Source: a bacterium
Lineage (GTDB): Bacteria; UBA8248; JACPRG01; G963555815
NCBI GenBank assembly: GCA_965261595.1
Contig: CBDHDG010000007.1
Span: 1 to 64,000 of the forward strand
Reading direction: 5' to 3'
DNA length: 64,000 bases
Shown: piece by piece, positions 10,413 through 21,562 of the stretch
Layout: every line of letters begins with the position of its first letter
How positions within the stretch are numbered: the stretch's first letter is position 1
Program-made: the position numbers and the translations under genes
Notes under the pieces: model-generated
Databases searched by the model: none
What the model was told of the DNA's origin: nothing
Seen by the model: only the letters and a program-made list of their open reading frames with translations

Positions 10413-11149
10413 GTGAAGGGAAATTCCATGTGGCGCGCAATGACTCTCGTTATCCTGATGGCCGCCATCGCCGCGGGGTTTCTCTTTTTGCCCGTCGCCG
10501 AATCCATCCACCGATTTCTGGGCTGGGTTGACGGCGCGGGGGTCTGGGGACCCATCATCCTGGCGGCGGCCTACACGCCCGCCTGCATCTTCTACGTGCC
10601 GGGTTGGATTCTCACTATGGGGGCCGGCTTCGCCTTTGGCGTGGCCTGGGGGAGCGCGGCCGTTTCCGTGGGAAGCGTCATCGGCGCCTCGGCCGCCTTT
10701 CTTCTGGGCAGGACCCTCGCCCGGGACTGGATTGAATCCAAGGTGACGTCCAATTCCACATTCCGGGCGATCGATCATGCGGTCGAAAAGCACGGATTCA
10801 AGATCGTCCTCTTGACCCGTCTTTCCCCGATCTTCCCTTTTAATCTTCTGAACTACGCCTTCGGTATCACGAAGGTCCGTTTCCGTGACTATGCCCTGGC
10901 TTCGTGGATCGGGATGTTTCCGGGAACGGTGATGTACGTGTACCTCGGCTCGGCGGCCAAGAATCTGACCGAGCTGGCGTCGGGAAACATCGCCGGGGAA
11001 GGGGGCCGGAAAATCCTGTTCGGGTTCGGCCTGGCGGCGACCATCCTTCTCACCGTCCTGGTCACGCGAATGGCCCGAAAGGCGATGAAGGAGGCCCTTC
11101 CCGTCTCCGTCACCCCCGAGGCCGCGGGGGGGGCCCGCAATCCAAGTAG
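10413..11149 (+). CDS. TVP38/TMEM64 (VTT/DedA) family membrane protein; as sequenced it reads through into the next gene
   Basis: LTMGAGFAFG, LLTRLSPIFPFNLLNYAFG, GMFPGT. Confidence 0.8.
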
Positions 11150-11225
11150 GATTTCGGTTTCTCGGCTCGCGCTTCAGCCCGAACCAACCCGCTCCATGGC
11201 GACACCCCCTCTTCGGAGGCCATCC

Positions 11226-12757
11226 GTGACCGAACCGCCGGCCGTTCTGCCTGAGGACGCGCACAACCGCACGCTCCTGTCCCACGTCGGTCCTCCGGAC
11301 TGGGTGAATCCCGATCCGGCCGGCCGCTACAACCTGGTCGTCATCGGCGCCGGCACGGCGGGCCTCATCTCGGCGGCGGGGGCCGCGGGGCTGGGGGCCA
11401 AGACGGCGCTCATCGAAAAACATCTGATGGGCGGAGACTGCCTCAACGTGGGGTGCGTCCCCTCAAAGGCCCTGCTCCGGGCCGCCCATGCCTATGCGGA
11501 CGTCCGCGACGCCGGCGATTTCGGCGTCCGCGTCCTGCCGGGCGCTCGCGTCGACTTCTCAGCCGTCATGGAACGGATGAGAAGGCTGCGCGCGCGCATC
11601 AGCCTCAACGATTCGGCAAGCCGGTTCCGGGAGCTCGGCGTGGACGTCTTCCTGGGGGAAGGCCGGTTTACGGGCCGGGATACGGTGGAAGTCGGCGGAA
11701 AGCGGCTCCGCTTCCGAAAGGCCGTCATCGCCACCGGCGCACGGGCCGCCGCGCCGCCGATCGCCGGAATCGAGGAGGCGGGTTATTTAACCAACGAAAC
11801 GGTCTTCTCTCTGACGGATCTTCCCCGGCGACTGGCCGTCATCGGGGCCGGGCCCATCGGCTGCGAGCTCTCCCAGGCGTTCGCGCGCTTCGGGTCGAAG
11901 GTCTTGCTGATCGAGAAAATGGGACAGATCCTGACCCGGGAGGATCGGGACGCCGCCGAGCGGGTGAAGAAATCTCTCTTGCGCGACGGCGTCCAGTTCG
12001 TCATGGATTGCAACCTTCTGGAGATTCGCAAGGAGAACGGGGGGGGGGGGGAGAGAAAATCCTGAGGTTCGAGTGCGGCGGCGACCCGGCCGAGCACCGG
12101 GTGGACGAAATCCTGGTGGGCGCCGGACGGGCCCCCAACGTCCAGGGCCTCGGCCTGGAGGCGGCCGGCGTCGAGTACGACGTAAAAAAAGGCGTCCGGG
12201 TGAACGACGGGCTCCAGACCACGAACCGCCGAATCTATGCGGCCGGGGACATCTGCTTCCCGCATCAATTCACGCATACCGCCGACGCCACGGCCAGGAT
12301 CGTCATCCAGAACGCCCTCTTCCTCGGACGAGCGAGGGCCGGCGCGCTGACGATCCCGTGGTGCACCTACACCGATCCGGAGATCGCCCACGTAGGACTG
12401 TATGAGGATGACGCCGTCAAGCGGGGCATCCCCGTGCAAACCTTCACCCTGGAGCTTGCGGACGTCGACCGGGCCGTCCTCGACGGCCAGGAACAGGGCT
12501 TTCTGAAAATTCACGTGAAGAAAGGAACGGACAAGATCCTCGGGGCGACGCTCGTCGCCCGGCACGCGGGCGAAATGATCTCCGAGATCACCCTCGCCAT
12601 GACGGCGGGCGTGGGACTGGGAAAAATATCCCGGACGATCCACCCCTATCCTACGCAGGCGGAGGTCATCAAAAAGGTTGCGGACGCCTACACCCGCACC
12701 CGCCTGACGCCGCGCGTCCATTCGATTTTACAAAAATGGCTGGCGTGGAGGCGCTGA
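11226..12757 (+). CDS. FAD-dependent pyridine nucleotide-disulfide oxidoreductase (MerA/LpdA-like), frameshift in G13 run 12039-12051
   Basis: IGAGTAG, GGDCLNVGCVPSK, GAGPIGCE, YAAGD, HPYPT; RBS ggagg before GTG 11226. Confidence 0.85.
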
Positions 12758-12830
12758 AGGACGCTTCAACGGAAAGAAGAGAAGTACGGGCCGTAAGGCT
12801 CCCGCCCCCCGCCCCTCCCCGGTCCGCCGC

Positions 12831-13535
12831 TTATCCGCCCAGGTAGGCCCGCTTGACGTCTTCGTTCTGGAGAAGGTCTTTCGAAGGGCCGGACACGGAC
12901 ACCTCCCCCGTTTCCAGGACATAGCAGGTCTCGGAGAGGGTCAGGGCGAGGAAGGCATTTTGCTCCACCAACAGGACGGTCATCCCGGAGGCGTGGATCT
13001 CTTGAATGATCTTGCCGATTTGCTCCACGAGAATGGGCGCGAGTCCCAGCGAAGGCTCGTCGAACATAATGATCTTCGGAGCGGACATCAGCGCCCGGGC
13101 GATGGCCAGCATTTGCTGCTCGCCCCCAGAAAGCGTGCCCGCCTTCTGATTTCTCCGCTCCCGCAGCCGGGGGAAATACTCGTACACCCTTTCGAGGTCG
13201 GCCTTTACGGCCCCCTTGTCTTTCCGCTGGTACGCCCCGAGCTCCAGATGCTCGAAGACATCCATCTGGGGCCAGATCTTTCGCTCCTCCGGGCATTGGG
13301 CGATGCCCAGCTTGACGATCTCGCTGGAGTCGAGGTTGTGGATCGGTTCTCCGCCCAGAAGGACCTCGCCGGAGCGGGGCTTCATGATGCCGGAAATGGT
13401 TCGCAGGGTCGTCGACTTCCCGGCCCCGTTGGCGCCGATGATCCCCACCAGCGCAGCGTCGGGGACGGTCAGGCTGATTCCTTTGATGGCATGAATGTGA
13501 CCGTAATAGCTGTGGACGTCTCTCAACTCAAGCAC
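12831..13535 (-). CDS. livF: Branched-chain amino acid-type ABC transporter ATPase (LivF-like)
   Basis: GANGAGKST, LSGGEQQ, DEPSLGLAP. Confidence 0.85.
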   Translation of the reverse strand: MLELRDVHSYYGHIHAIKGISLTVPDAALVGIIGANGAGKSTTLRTISGIMKPRSGEVLLGGEPIHNLDSSEIVKLGIAQCPEERKIWPQMDVFEHLELGAYQRKDKGAVKADLERVYEYFPRLRERRNQKAGTLSGGEQQMLAIARALMSAPKIIMFDEPSLGLAPILVEQIGKIIQEIHASGMTVLLVEQNAFLALTLSETCYVLETGEVSVSGPSKDLLQNEDVKRAYLGG

Positions 13536-14310
13536 GCTGGAAACCCTCTCCGAGGTAAGCCTTGATCACCTCGGCGTTGTTCTGGATTTCCTCCGGACGA
13601 CCTTCGGCGATCTTCTCGCCGTGATCGATGACAACAATCCGATCAGAGATATCCATCACGACTCTCATGTTGTGCTCGACCAGAAGGACAGTGATCCCCG
13701 TTTCGCGGATCCGCCGAATGAGGGCCAGGGCCGCGGCGGCTTCTTCCGCGTTCATGCCGGATGCAGGCTCATCCAACAACATCAGGGACGGTTTAGGCGC
13801 CAGCCCTACGGCGATCTCAAGCAGCCGCTGCTCGCCATACGGAAGGTTGCGCGCTTCCATGTGGGCCTTATCCGCCAAGCCCGTAAATTCAAGAATCCGG
13901 TCCGCTTCCGCCTGGAGGGCGGCTTCTTCCTTTTTCTTCCGACTCGAGTTCCAGAGGATATCCCACCAACCGACCGTTGAGGACTTGTGCAGGCCCATCA
14001 GGACGCCGTCGCGCACGGTCACTTTGGGGAACACCATGGTTTTCTGAAACGTCCGGATGATCCCGAGATCCGAGATGGCGAACGTCGGGAGTCCGAGCGT
14101 GGACCTTCCCCGGAAACGAATGTCTCCCGCCGTCGGCTTATAGAAGCCGGTCATCATGTTGAAGATGCTGGTCTTTCCCGCCCCGTTGGGACCGATGATG
14201 CTCAGGATTTCGCCTTCGGTTTGCTGGAAGCTCACGTCGTTGACCGCCACCAAGCCGCCGAAGCGGATGGTCAGGCCTTCGACCTCCAGGATGAGCTTCC
14301 CGCCGTTCAT
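13528..14310 (-). CDS. livG: ABC transporter ATPase (LivG-like)
   Basis: FGGLVAV, GPNGAGKT, LPYGEQR, AYLG. Confidence 0.85.
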   Translation of the reverse strand: MNGGKLILEVEGLTIRFGGLVAVNDVSFQQTEGEILSIIGPNGAGKTSIFNMMTGFYKPTAGDIRFRGRSTLGLPTFAISDLGIIRTFQKTMVFPKVTVRDGVLMGLHKSSTVGWWDILWNSSRKKKEEAALQAEADRILEFTGLADKAHMEARNLPYGEQRLLEIAVGLAPKPSLMLLDEPASGMNAEEAAAALALIRRIRETGITVLLVEHNMRVVMDISDRIVVIDHGEKIAEGRPEEIQNNAEVIKAYLGEGFQRA

Positions 14311-15353
14311 GCCGACTCCGCCTCTCCCGCGGCCGATCCGCCCCGGATCCTTCGCCATTGCCGGCTGAACCAGGGGACAAGCCCTTCGGGGATGTAAAGG
14401 ACGCCCAGCAGCAGAATCAACCCGAAGACCATGAGTTGAAGCTCCGCCGGGAGCGCCTTGCTTTGCACCAGATGACCCGGCGCCCAGGAACGGCCCCAGA
14501 AGGGATTGGGCAGGAAGCGAAGGAGCTCGGGCAGGGAGGAGAAGATCACCGCGCCCAGGATGGGTCCCAGCGTCGTCGCCCGGCCGCCCAGCAATATCAT
14601 CGTCAACAGCTCGACAACGTGGATGAACTCGAAGACGTCGGGGCTGATGTAACGGAAGTAGTGGGCGTACAGACTTCCGGAGAGCCCGGCGAAGAACGCC
14701 CCCGCCACAAAGGCGATCATCGAGTAACGGAACGCGCTGATCCCGACCGATTCGGACAGGTTCTCATTTTCCCGAATCGCGACAAGCGCCCGTCCCACGC
14801 GGGAATTCGCCATGCGGTAACACACGTAAACGGTGACCCCGCAAAAAGCCAAGATCAGATAATAAAAATTCGTTTTGGAGGAGAAATCAATCGCTCCAAT
14901 CCCGGGAATCCCCAGCGTGGGCAAGGGGATCCCCGAGAGACCGTTCTGGCCGTACGTGAGGCCCACCCAGTTGTAGGCGACCAGCTGGACCAGCAACTGG
15001 AAGGCAATCGTGATGATGACGAACCGGTGGCCCCGGACCTTCAGGATCAGCATTCCCAGTAGCCACGCGCTGAGGGCCGCCATAATTCCGCTGCCCAGCA
15101 AACCAACCCAGAAAGATAAATTCAGCTTGAGCGCCAGCAAGGCCGACGTGTATCCCCCCAATCCCCAGAACGCCAGATGGCCCAAAGAGAGCAGGCCCAT
15201 GTACCCGGTGAGGAGGTTGAGCCCGGCCGTGAGCATCACGAAGAAGCCGGCGTAAATGACCAGATGCAGGACGTACTCGTCCGGGACGAGCCAGGGGACG
15301 GCGAGCAGGATCGCCGTCCAGAAGACAATCGTGAAAATACGGGCCGGGCTCAT
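14307..15353 (-). CDS. livM: ABC transporter permease (LivM-like)
   Basis: GLLSLGH, GRALVAIRENE, multiple TM segments. Confidence 0.85.
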   Translation of the reverse strand: MSPARIFTIVFWTAILLAVPWLVPDEYVLHLVIYAGFFVMLTAGLNLLTGYMGLLSLGHLAFWGLGGYTSALLALKLNLSFWVGLLGSGIMAALSAWLLGMLILKVRGHRFVIITIAFQLLVQLVAYNWVGLTYGQNGLSGIPLPTLGIPGIGAIDFSSKTNFYYLILAFCGVTVYVCYRMANSRVGRALVAIRENENLSESVGISAFRYSMIAFVAGAFFAGLSGSLYAHYFRYISPDVFEFIHVVELLTMILLGGRATTLGPILGAVIFSSLPELLRFLPNPFWGRSWAPGHLVQSKALPAELQLMVFGLILLLGVLYIPEGLVPWFSRQWRRIRGGSAAGEAESA

Positions 15354-16228
15354 TTTTCTCCGAAGATTCCCTGGGGTCTAAACAACAGGAAGATGATGAC
15401 GAACAGAAACCCGAACGCGTCCTTATAATCCGAAGCGATAAACCCGCCTCCGAGGGCCTCCGTAACGCCGAGTCCCAGGCCCGCGACGATCGCCCCGACG
15501 AAAGTCCCCATCCCTCCCAGGATCACAACGATGAACGCCTTGAGGGTCGCGAAACCGCCCGAAACCGGGTCCATGGGCTGAAAGGTGGAGATCATGATGC
15601 CCGCGATGGCCGCCATCCCCGCTCCCGCCGCGAACGACCACGTGTACACCCGGTTGATCTCAATCCCCACCAGGGCCGCCGATTCCTTGTTCTGGAACGT
15701 GGCCCGGATGGCCTTGCCCAGCCGCGTGTGCCGCAGCAGAAAGTGAAAGACCGCGATAGAGAGTCCCGTCATGATCAGAATGAACAGGCGGACGGGAGGG
15801 AGGACGATCGGACCCCAAATGTACGGCTCCAGGGCGAAGGGCGATGGCATTTGTCTGGGCCAGTGCCCCCAGATCGCCTGAATGAGATAAGCCAGGAAGA
15901 CGGAAAGGCCGATTGTCGCCATCGTGGCCGTCAGGAGGGGCTCATCCCGAAGCTTTTTGAAGATCAGCTTGTCCAGGACAACGCCGACGGCAACGGTGCC
16001 CAGCGTGCCGACGACAAAGCCGAGGAAATAATTGGCGACGACCGACTCGAAAACGGTGAATATTTTCGCCAACGTAAAGGCGAAGTAGGAGCCGAGGACG
16101 AAGAATTCTCCGTGGGCGAAGTTGGCGATGTCCATCAGGCCGAAGATCATTGTCAAGCCGATGGCGATCAGCGCGTATCCGCAACCAATGATCAGCCCTT
16201 GGACCGTAAGCTGGATGGCCAGCTCCAT
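15350..16228 (-). CDS. livH: ABC transporter permease (LivH-like)
   Basis: NFAHGEF, LGKAIRA, VILGGMG. Confidence 0.85.
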   Translation of the reverse strand: MELAIQLTVQGLIIGCGYALIAIGLTMIFGLMDIANFAHGEFFVLGSYFAFTLAKIFTVFESVVANYFLGFVVGTLGTVAVGVVLDKLIFKKLRDEPLLTATMATIGLSVFLAYLIQAIWGHWPRQMPSPFALEPYIWGPIVLPPVRLFILIMTGLSIAVFHFLLRHTRLGKAIRATFQNKESAALVGIEINRVYTWSFAAGAGMAAIAGIMISTFQPMDPVSGGFATLKAFIVVILGGMGTFVGAIVAGLGLGVTEALGGGFIASDYKDAFGFLFVIIFLLFRPQGIFGEK

Positions 16229-16254
16229 CGAACCCTTTCCTGCCCGGATCGGGC

Positions 16255-16299
16255 AAAAAAACTGTCCTGCCCGCCTTCCGGACGGAAGGCGGGCAGGAC
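16255..16299 (-). terminator. Hairpin plus U-tract between binding-protein and permease genes
   Basis: gtcctgcccgccttcc...ggaaggcgggcaggac stem followed by a T-run on the - strand. Confidence 0.6.
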
Positions 16300-16321
16300 C
16301 CTCATGAGAGATTTCGGTGAA

Positions 16322-17488
16322 TTACGGCTTCTTGATGCGGACGGTCCGGATGATCTTCGGCACGCCGCTGACGTTCTTCGTCATGAAGTAGTCAAAACCG
16401 TACGCCTGATGGCTGAACGTCTTGTTGGTGTTGGAGGTGAACTTGAAGGTCCCGACCAGGCTCTCATAGTCCGTCTTCTCCAACGCGTCGCGGATGGCCT
16501 TGCGGTCCGCGCTGCCCGCCCGCTTGATGGCCTGGGCGATGATGTTGACCACCGTGTTCCCGGCCGCGCTGTATTTGGTGGGATTTTCCTTGTGGCGGCT
16601 CTTGTACAACTTGACAAACGCCCGGTTCATGGCGGTGTCGATGGTGTGAACGTATTCGACGAACCCGATCACGCCCTCGCCCGCGGCGCCGGCGCCGCGG
16701 TAGAAGGGCGCCGTCGTCCAGGCCCCTTCGCCCATGATCTGCGCCTTCAGACCCATTTCTTTGGACTGCTTGGCGATGGCGATGCAGTGCGGCGTATAGC
16801 AGGAAGTCAGGATCGTATCCGCGCCCAACGAACGGACCTTCGTCAGGAATGTGGAGAGATCCTTATCCTTCCGGTCATAGATGAGGGTGTCAACGATCTT
16901 CACGCCCCGGGCCCTGAGCTCCCGGCCGAATTCGCTGGCCACGCCTCGGCCCCAGTCGTCGTTGATGACGACAAACGCCGCCTTCTTGACCCCCATCTCG
17001 ACCAACAACGGCGTCAGGGCCACCGAATACAGCGCCGAGGTTCCCTGGGCGCGGAAAAACCAGTCGGTCGACTCCCGGGTCAGCTTGGCCGAGGTGGAGA
17101 CGCCCGTGATCTGCGGGACGCGATACTTGGCCGTGACGGGCTTGACAACCGCGGAGGAGGACGAGCAGTACGCCCCGAAAATGACGTTGACCTTGTCCCG
17201 GACGATGAGCTTCTCCGCAGCGTTCGCCATCTTGGGCGGCACGCACTGGCCGTCCTCGGGGACCAGCTCCAGCTTCATCCCGATGACGCCGCCCGCGGCG
17301 TTGATCGCCTCGACCGCGATGCGGGCGCCATTGAGCAAGGTGTTCCCGCCGAAGGAAACCGGTCCCGTCAACGGCTGAACCAGACCGATCTTGATGGTTT
17401 CGGCCGTGGCCGCGCCGCCGCCCAACACCCCGCCCAGGACGAGGCCCAAACTCAAGGATAGAACGATGAGTCTTTTGACCCGTTTCAT
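16322..17488 (-). CDS. Liv-type ABC substrate-binding protein
   Basis: Signal peptide, IKIGLVQPLTG, INAAGG, GAYCSS; RBS ggagg. Confidence 0.85.
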   Translation of the reverse strand: MKRVKRLIVLSLSLGLVLGGVLGGGAATAETIKIGLVQPLTGPVSFGGNTLLNGARIAVEAINAAGGVIGMKLELVPEDGQCVPPKMANAAEKLIVRDKVNVIFGAYCSSSSAVVKPVTAKYRVPQITGVSTSAKLTRESTDWFFRAQGTSALYSVALTPLLVEMGVKKAAFVVINDDWGRGVASEFGRELRARGVKIVDTLIYDRKDKDLSTFLTKVRSLGADTILTSCYTPHCIAIAKQSKEMGLKAQIMGEGAWTTAPFYRGAGAAGEGVIGFVEYVHTIDTAMNRAFVKLYKSRHKENPTKYSAAGNTVVNIIAQAIKRAGSADRKAIRDALEKTDYESLVGTFKFTSNTNKTFSHQAYGFDYFMTKNVSGVPKIIRTVRIKKP

Positions 17489-17709
17489 CAAACGTCCTCC
17501 TTTGCTCTGTTCCTCCGGCCTCCCCCGCGCGGGGACATCCCATTCGAGGAGGCCGGAAGACATCACAATCCATGGTTCCACCCGCGATATTTCCCCGGAA
17601 CCGAATCCACTTGCTTTGACCGGAAGTCCGGACACTGTAGCCGAAGGTCCAAAACCTGTCAATAACCAATTCGCAAAATGCATCATGGAATCCGCGAGCG
17701 GGAAAGGCG

Positions 17710-19776
17710 CTACGAGATCTCGATCATCAGGTTGCCCAACGCGTCCACCCGCGCAACCTGTCCCGGGGGAACAAACGTGGTCCCGCCCAGCTCCGAGATC
17801 ACCGCCGGCCCCCGGACCTCATCTCCGGCGAACAGGTCGTCCCGCTGCACGTAGGCGGCTTCCACCTCCTCACCTCCGACGGTTGCCGTGCGCCGGGTCA
17901 CCGGGAGCGATCCCCCCTCCGGCCGGGACGGCAGCTCCCGGAATCGGGGCTTGGCGATTCGCCTTCTCACGATCACCCGCAGATTGACAATCTCGACGGC
18001 CCGCTCGGGATTCGCGAAGGCGTACAGGTCGGTGTACTGGCGGACAAACCCTTCGTTGATGTCGGACAGCTCACCCGGAGCCAATTCCCCGCCCGGGAGG
18101 GCGACCTCCAGCGTAAACCCCTGCCCGCGATACCGGACGTCCGCGGCGCGGCGGACCTCCACGTCGGCGCTTCCGGCGTTCCCGCCGGCCTCGGGCCCCT
18201 CGAGACCCAGGAGCTTCATGCACTCCCCTTCCATCCGGGCGAGGGCGGTGTTCATGCCGGACACGTCCGCGGAAACCGTCGGAGTCAGAAAGGTCTGGGA
18301 CATCTCCTGAACAGGGTCGGACAGGAGCGTGCCCAGCGCGGAGAGCAGTCCGGGATGGCGGGGGACGAGAAGGCCTGGGATCCGCAGCTCCGCGGCGATG
18401 TCGGCCGCGTGCAGGGGCCCGGCCCCCCCGTAGGCCACAAGCAGGATCTCCCGGGGGTCGATTCCCCGCTCGACCGACATGACCCGAATCGCCCGCGACA
18501 TGGCGGCGTTGGCGATTTCCACGATCCCCTGAGCGGCCTGGAGGACGGAAATCCCCAAAGGGCGGGCGACCCGCTCATCGATGGCGCTTCGGGCGGCTTC
18601 CACATCCAGGTGCATGCCCTCGCCGATGGGGATCTCGACGTCGATCCGCCCCAGGGCCAGGTTGGCGTCGGTCACGGTCGGCCGCTCGCCGCCCCGGCCG
18701 TAGCAGGCGGGTCCCGGGTCGGCGCCCGCGCTCTCCGGTCCCACACGCAGCAACCCCCCGGCGTCCATCCAGGCCAGCGAGCCGCCCCCCGCGCCGATGG
18801 AGTGCACATCCACCATCGGCAGCCGGACGGGGTAGCCGCCGATTCGGCTCTCCGGGACCTTGGCGGGCGCGCCGTCCACCACCAGCCCCACGTCGCACGA
18901 GGTCCCGCCCATGTCCATGGTGATCAACGTCGGCCGGCCGACGGCCGCGCCGACCGCCGCCGCCGCGCTCACCCCGGCCGACGGTCCCGACAGGGCGCTC
19001 TGGATGGGCCGGCCGCGCGCGGTCTCGAACGTCATGAGCCCGCCGGCCGAATGCGTCATCATGAGGCGCACGTCGGGCTGAAGGACATCCCCCAGGCCGC
19101 TGGAGAAGCCCTCCAGGTAGCGGTCCATGACCGGCATCAATGAAGCGTTGAGAATCGTCAGACAGAGGCGCTCATACTCTCTGTATTCGGAAAGGACTTC
19201 ATGGGACGCGGAGACGCTCAAGTCGGGGGCGATCTCCGCGATGCGGGCCTTGATCTCCGCCTCGGCCTCGGGCGAGGCGTAGGAATGAAGGAGCGCCACG
19301 GCCACCGCCCGCACACCGTCGGAAAGAAAATCGCTGACGATCACGTCCACTTCATCGAGGTCGAGGGGCGAGAGGGTCTCGCCGCGGTAATCGCTCCGCT
19401 GGCCGACCTCCCGGCGAAGCTCCCGGGGAACGATGGGGGGCGGCTTTTCCTGAAGGAGGTTGTACATCTCCGGACGCCGCTCGCGTCCGATCTCAAGCAG
19501 GTCCCGGAAGCCCCGGTTGGTGATCAGGCCGGTCCGGGCGATCTTGCCTTCCAGGATGGCGTTGAGGGCGGTCGTCGTCCCCTGGGTCAGGCTGCCGACC
19601 CGGCGCCCCTCATAGCCATGCTCCTTCAGCGCCCCACGCAGGCCCGCGAGAATCCCCCCGGCCAGGTCGTCGCGCCGCGTGAGGACTTTGTGGATTTGAA
19701 AGACCCCGCCCTCTTCGTCGAACAGGACGATGTCGGTGAACGTTCCGCCCACGTCTACACCGACACGGGCGCTCAA
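17710..19776 (-). CDS. Hydantoinase/oxoprolinase subunit A
   Basis: GVDVGGTFTD, SGPSAG, DMGGTSCD, GAGGGS, SAGADPGPACY. Confidence 0.9.
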   Translation of the reverse strand: MSARVGVDVGGTFTDIVLFDEEGGVFQIHKVLTRRDDLAGGILAGLRGALKEHGYEGRRVGSLTQGTTTALNAILEGKIARTGLITNRGFRDLLEIGRERRPEMYNLLQEKPPPIVPRELRREVGQRSDYRGETLSPLDLDEVDVIVSDFLSDGVRAVAVALLHSYASPEAEAEIKARIAEIAPDLSVSASHEVLSEYREYERLCLTILNASLMPVMDRYLEGFSSGLGDVLQPDVRLMMTHSAGGLMTFETARGRPIQSALSGPSAGVSAAAAVGAAVGRPTLITMDMGGTSCDVGLVVDGAPAKVPESRIGGYPVRLPMVDVHSIGAGGGSLAWMDAGGLLRVGPESAGADPGPACYGRGGERPTVTDANLALGRIDVEIPIGEGMHLDVEAARSAIDERVARPLGISVLQAAQGIVEIANAAMSRAIRVMSVERGIDPREILLVAYGGAGPLHAADIAAELRIPGLLVPRHPGLLSALGTLLSDPVQEMSQTFLTPTVSADVSGMNTALARMEGECMKLLGLEGPEAGGNAGSADVEVRRAADVRYRGQGFTLEVALPGGELAPGELSDINEGFVRQYTDLYAFANPERAVEIVNLRVIVRRRIAKPRFRELPSRPEGGSLPVTRRTATVGGEEVEAAYVQRDDLFAGDEVRGPAVISELGGTTFVPPGQVARVDALGNLMIEIS

Positions 19777-21458
19777 TGCTTCGCTCCCCCCCCCCCCCTC
19801 GCGTATCCCGGATACCGCCGGGCGGTTTTTTCCGGCGTGACGTATCCGGCCCGCAGGTCGCCGCTGATGGCCTCGGGATCGCGCCGCTCGGGGGGCCCGT
19901 AGCCGCCGCCCGCGGTGGTTTCGATGATCATCGCCTCACCCGCCCGGGCGTGCGTGGTGGATTTCGATCGGAGCTCCCGCTCCCCTTCCTCCCCCTGAAC
20001 GGCGTACCGGCCGTTTCGCCCCGGCTCGCCGCCGAGCACCCCCCAGGGGGGCGTCCGGATACGGTCGGCCAGGACGGTGATCGTCTGGTCGGCCAGCAGG
20101 CGGTAGACCTTGCGCGCCCCCAAGCCGCCCATCCACCGGCCCGCCCCGCCCGAATCGGGCAGAAGCTCATAGCACTCGACGCGCAGCGGGAACTCGGCCT
20201 CGACCACCTCGATGGGGTTGTTGGGGGTGTTGGAGATGTTGTTCCGAGCCGCCTTCAAGCCGTCGCGGCCCTTGCGTCCCCCCCCGCCGCCGGAGTTCTG
20301 CTCGAGGATAACAAACGGACGGTCCCGAAGGGGGTCGAAACCCCCGAAAGTCACGCAGTTGAAGGTGCCGCTGCCGGCGGCGCTCATCCGGTCCGGGACA
20401 CACTGGGAAAAGCACCCGATCAACGTATCCACGATCCGCTGGGATGTTTCAAGACTGCCTCCCCCAACGGCCGCGGGGGGCTGGGCGTTGACGATCGTTC
20501 CCGGCGGCGCGATGATCTCGACGGACCGGAACACGCCGGAGTTGGTGGGGATGTTGGGGTCGATGAGACACTTCAGCGTGAAATACGTGGCCGAATGCGT
20601 GACCGAGAGAACCCCGTTCACCGGACCGACGCGCTGCGCGGCCGTCCCGGTGAAATCCACTTTCATGTCTTCGCCGTCAATGTCGACCCGGACCTTGATG
20701 GGCAGGGGATCGTCGTTGTTCCCGTCGTCGTCCAGGACGTCCTCGAAGGCGTAGGTCCCGTCGGGGAGCTTTCCGATCTCCTGCCGCGTCCGGCGGTGGG
20801 AATAGTCGATGATGGCGGCCATGAGCTCCTTGAGCTCGCCCTTGCCGAACCTTCCGGCCAACTCCTGAAAACGCTGCTCTCCGACGCGGTTCGCCGCGAG
20901 CTGCGCCCGGAGGTCCCCCCGGATGTCGTCGGGAACCCGGACGTTGGACAGGATCAATTCCAGCAAGTCTTCCCGGACCACGCCCCCCTCGACCATCTTC
21001 ATGGGCGGAATGCGGAGGCCCTCCTCGACCACGCTCTTGGCGTCGCCCGCGAGGCTCCCCGGCGCCCGGCCTCCGACGTCCGTCCAATGGGCGATGACGG
21101 CGTTGTAGGCCAGGATCTCCCCATCCACGAATACGGGCATGATCGTGGTGATGTCGGGCAGGTGGGAGCCGCCGATGAAGGGGTCGTTGTGGATCGTGAC
21201 GTCCCCGGGGCGGAGGTTCTCCGGCCCGACCCGCAAGACCGCGTTCTTCACAGCGTGAACCAGGAGTCCGAGGTGGGACGGCAGGTGGTCGGCCTGGGCG
21301 ACCATGTCCAGGTCGGGCGTGAAAAAGGCGCAGGAGCGGTCGTCGCGCTCCTTGATAATGGTGGAAAAGGCCGCCCGCTTCATCTTCATCCCCATCTCTT
21401 CGGCGATGCCGATGATTCGCTGGCGGAACACCTCCATCCGGATAGGGTCAACGGCCAT
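19773..21458 (-). CDS. Hydantoinase B/oxoprolinase subunit
   Basis: NDPFIGGSHLPD, HWTDVGG, EGLRIPP, DSGGAG, GGGYG. Confidence 0.9.
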   Translation of the reverse strand: MAVDPIRMEVFRQRIIGIAEEMGMKMKRAAFSTIIKERDDRSCAFFTPDLDMVAQADHLPSHLGLLVHAVKNAVLRVGPENLRPGDVTIHNDPFIGGSHLPDITTIMPVFVDGEILAYNAVIAHWTDVGGRAPGSLAGDAKSVVEEGLRIPPMKMVEGGVVREDLLELILSNVRVPDDIRGDLRAQLAANRVGEQRFQELAGRFGKGELKELMAAIIDYSHRRTRQEIGKLPDGTYAFEDVLDDDGNNDDPLPIKVRVDIDGEDMKVDFTGTAAQRVGPVNGVLSVTHSATYFTLKCLIDPNIPTNSGVFRSVEIIAPPGTIVNAQPPAAVGGGSLETSQRIVDTLIGCFSQCVPDRMSAAGSGTFNCVTFGGFDPLRDRPFVILEQNSGGGGGRKGRDGLKAARNNISNTPNNPIEVVEAEFPLRVECYELLPDSGGAGRWMGGLGARKVYRLLADQTITVLADRIRTPPWGVLGGEPGRNGRYAVQGEEGERELRSKSTTHARAGEAMIIETTAGGGYGPPERRDPEAISGDLRAGYVTPEKTARRYPGYARGGGGAKH

Positions 21459-21562
21459 GCTTCGCTCCGGCGCAACCCGCGCTTCTAAGGGACGTGAAAA
21501 AACGGCTCCCCCGCCCGGCCCGCGGCTTCTCTCCACTCCCCGGAATCAAGCCTCAGCGGATT

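Noticed and set aside
11226..12757. Mercuric reductase MerA
   Set aside because: No C-terminal Cys-Cys pair, no NmerA domain and no mer operon.
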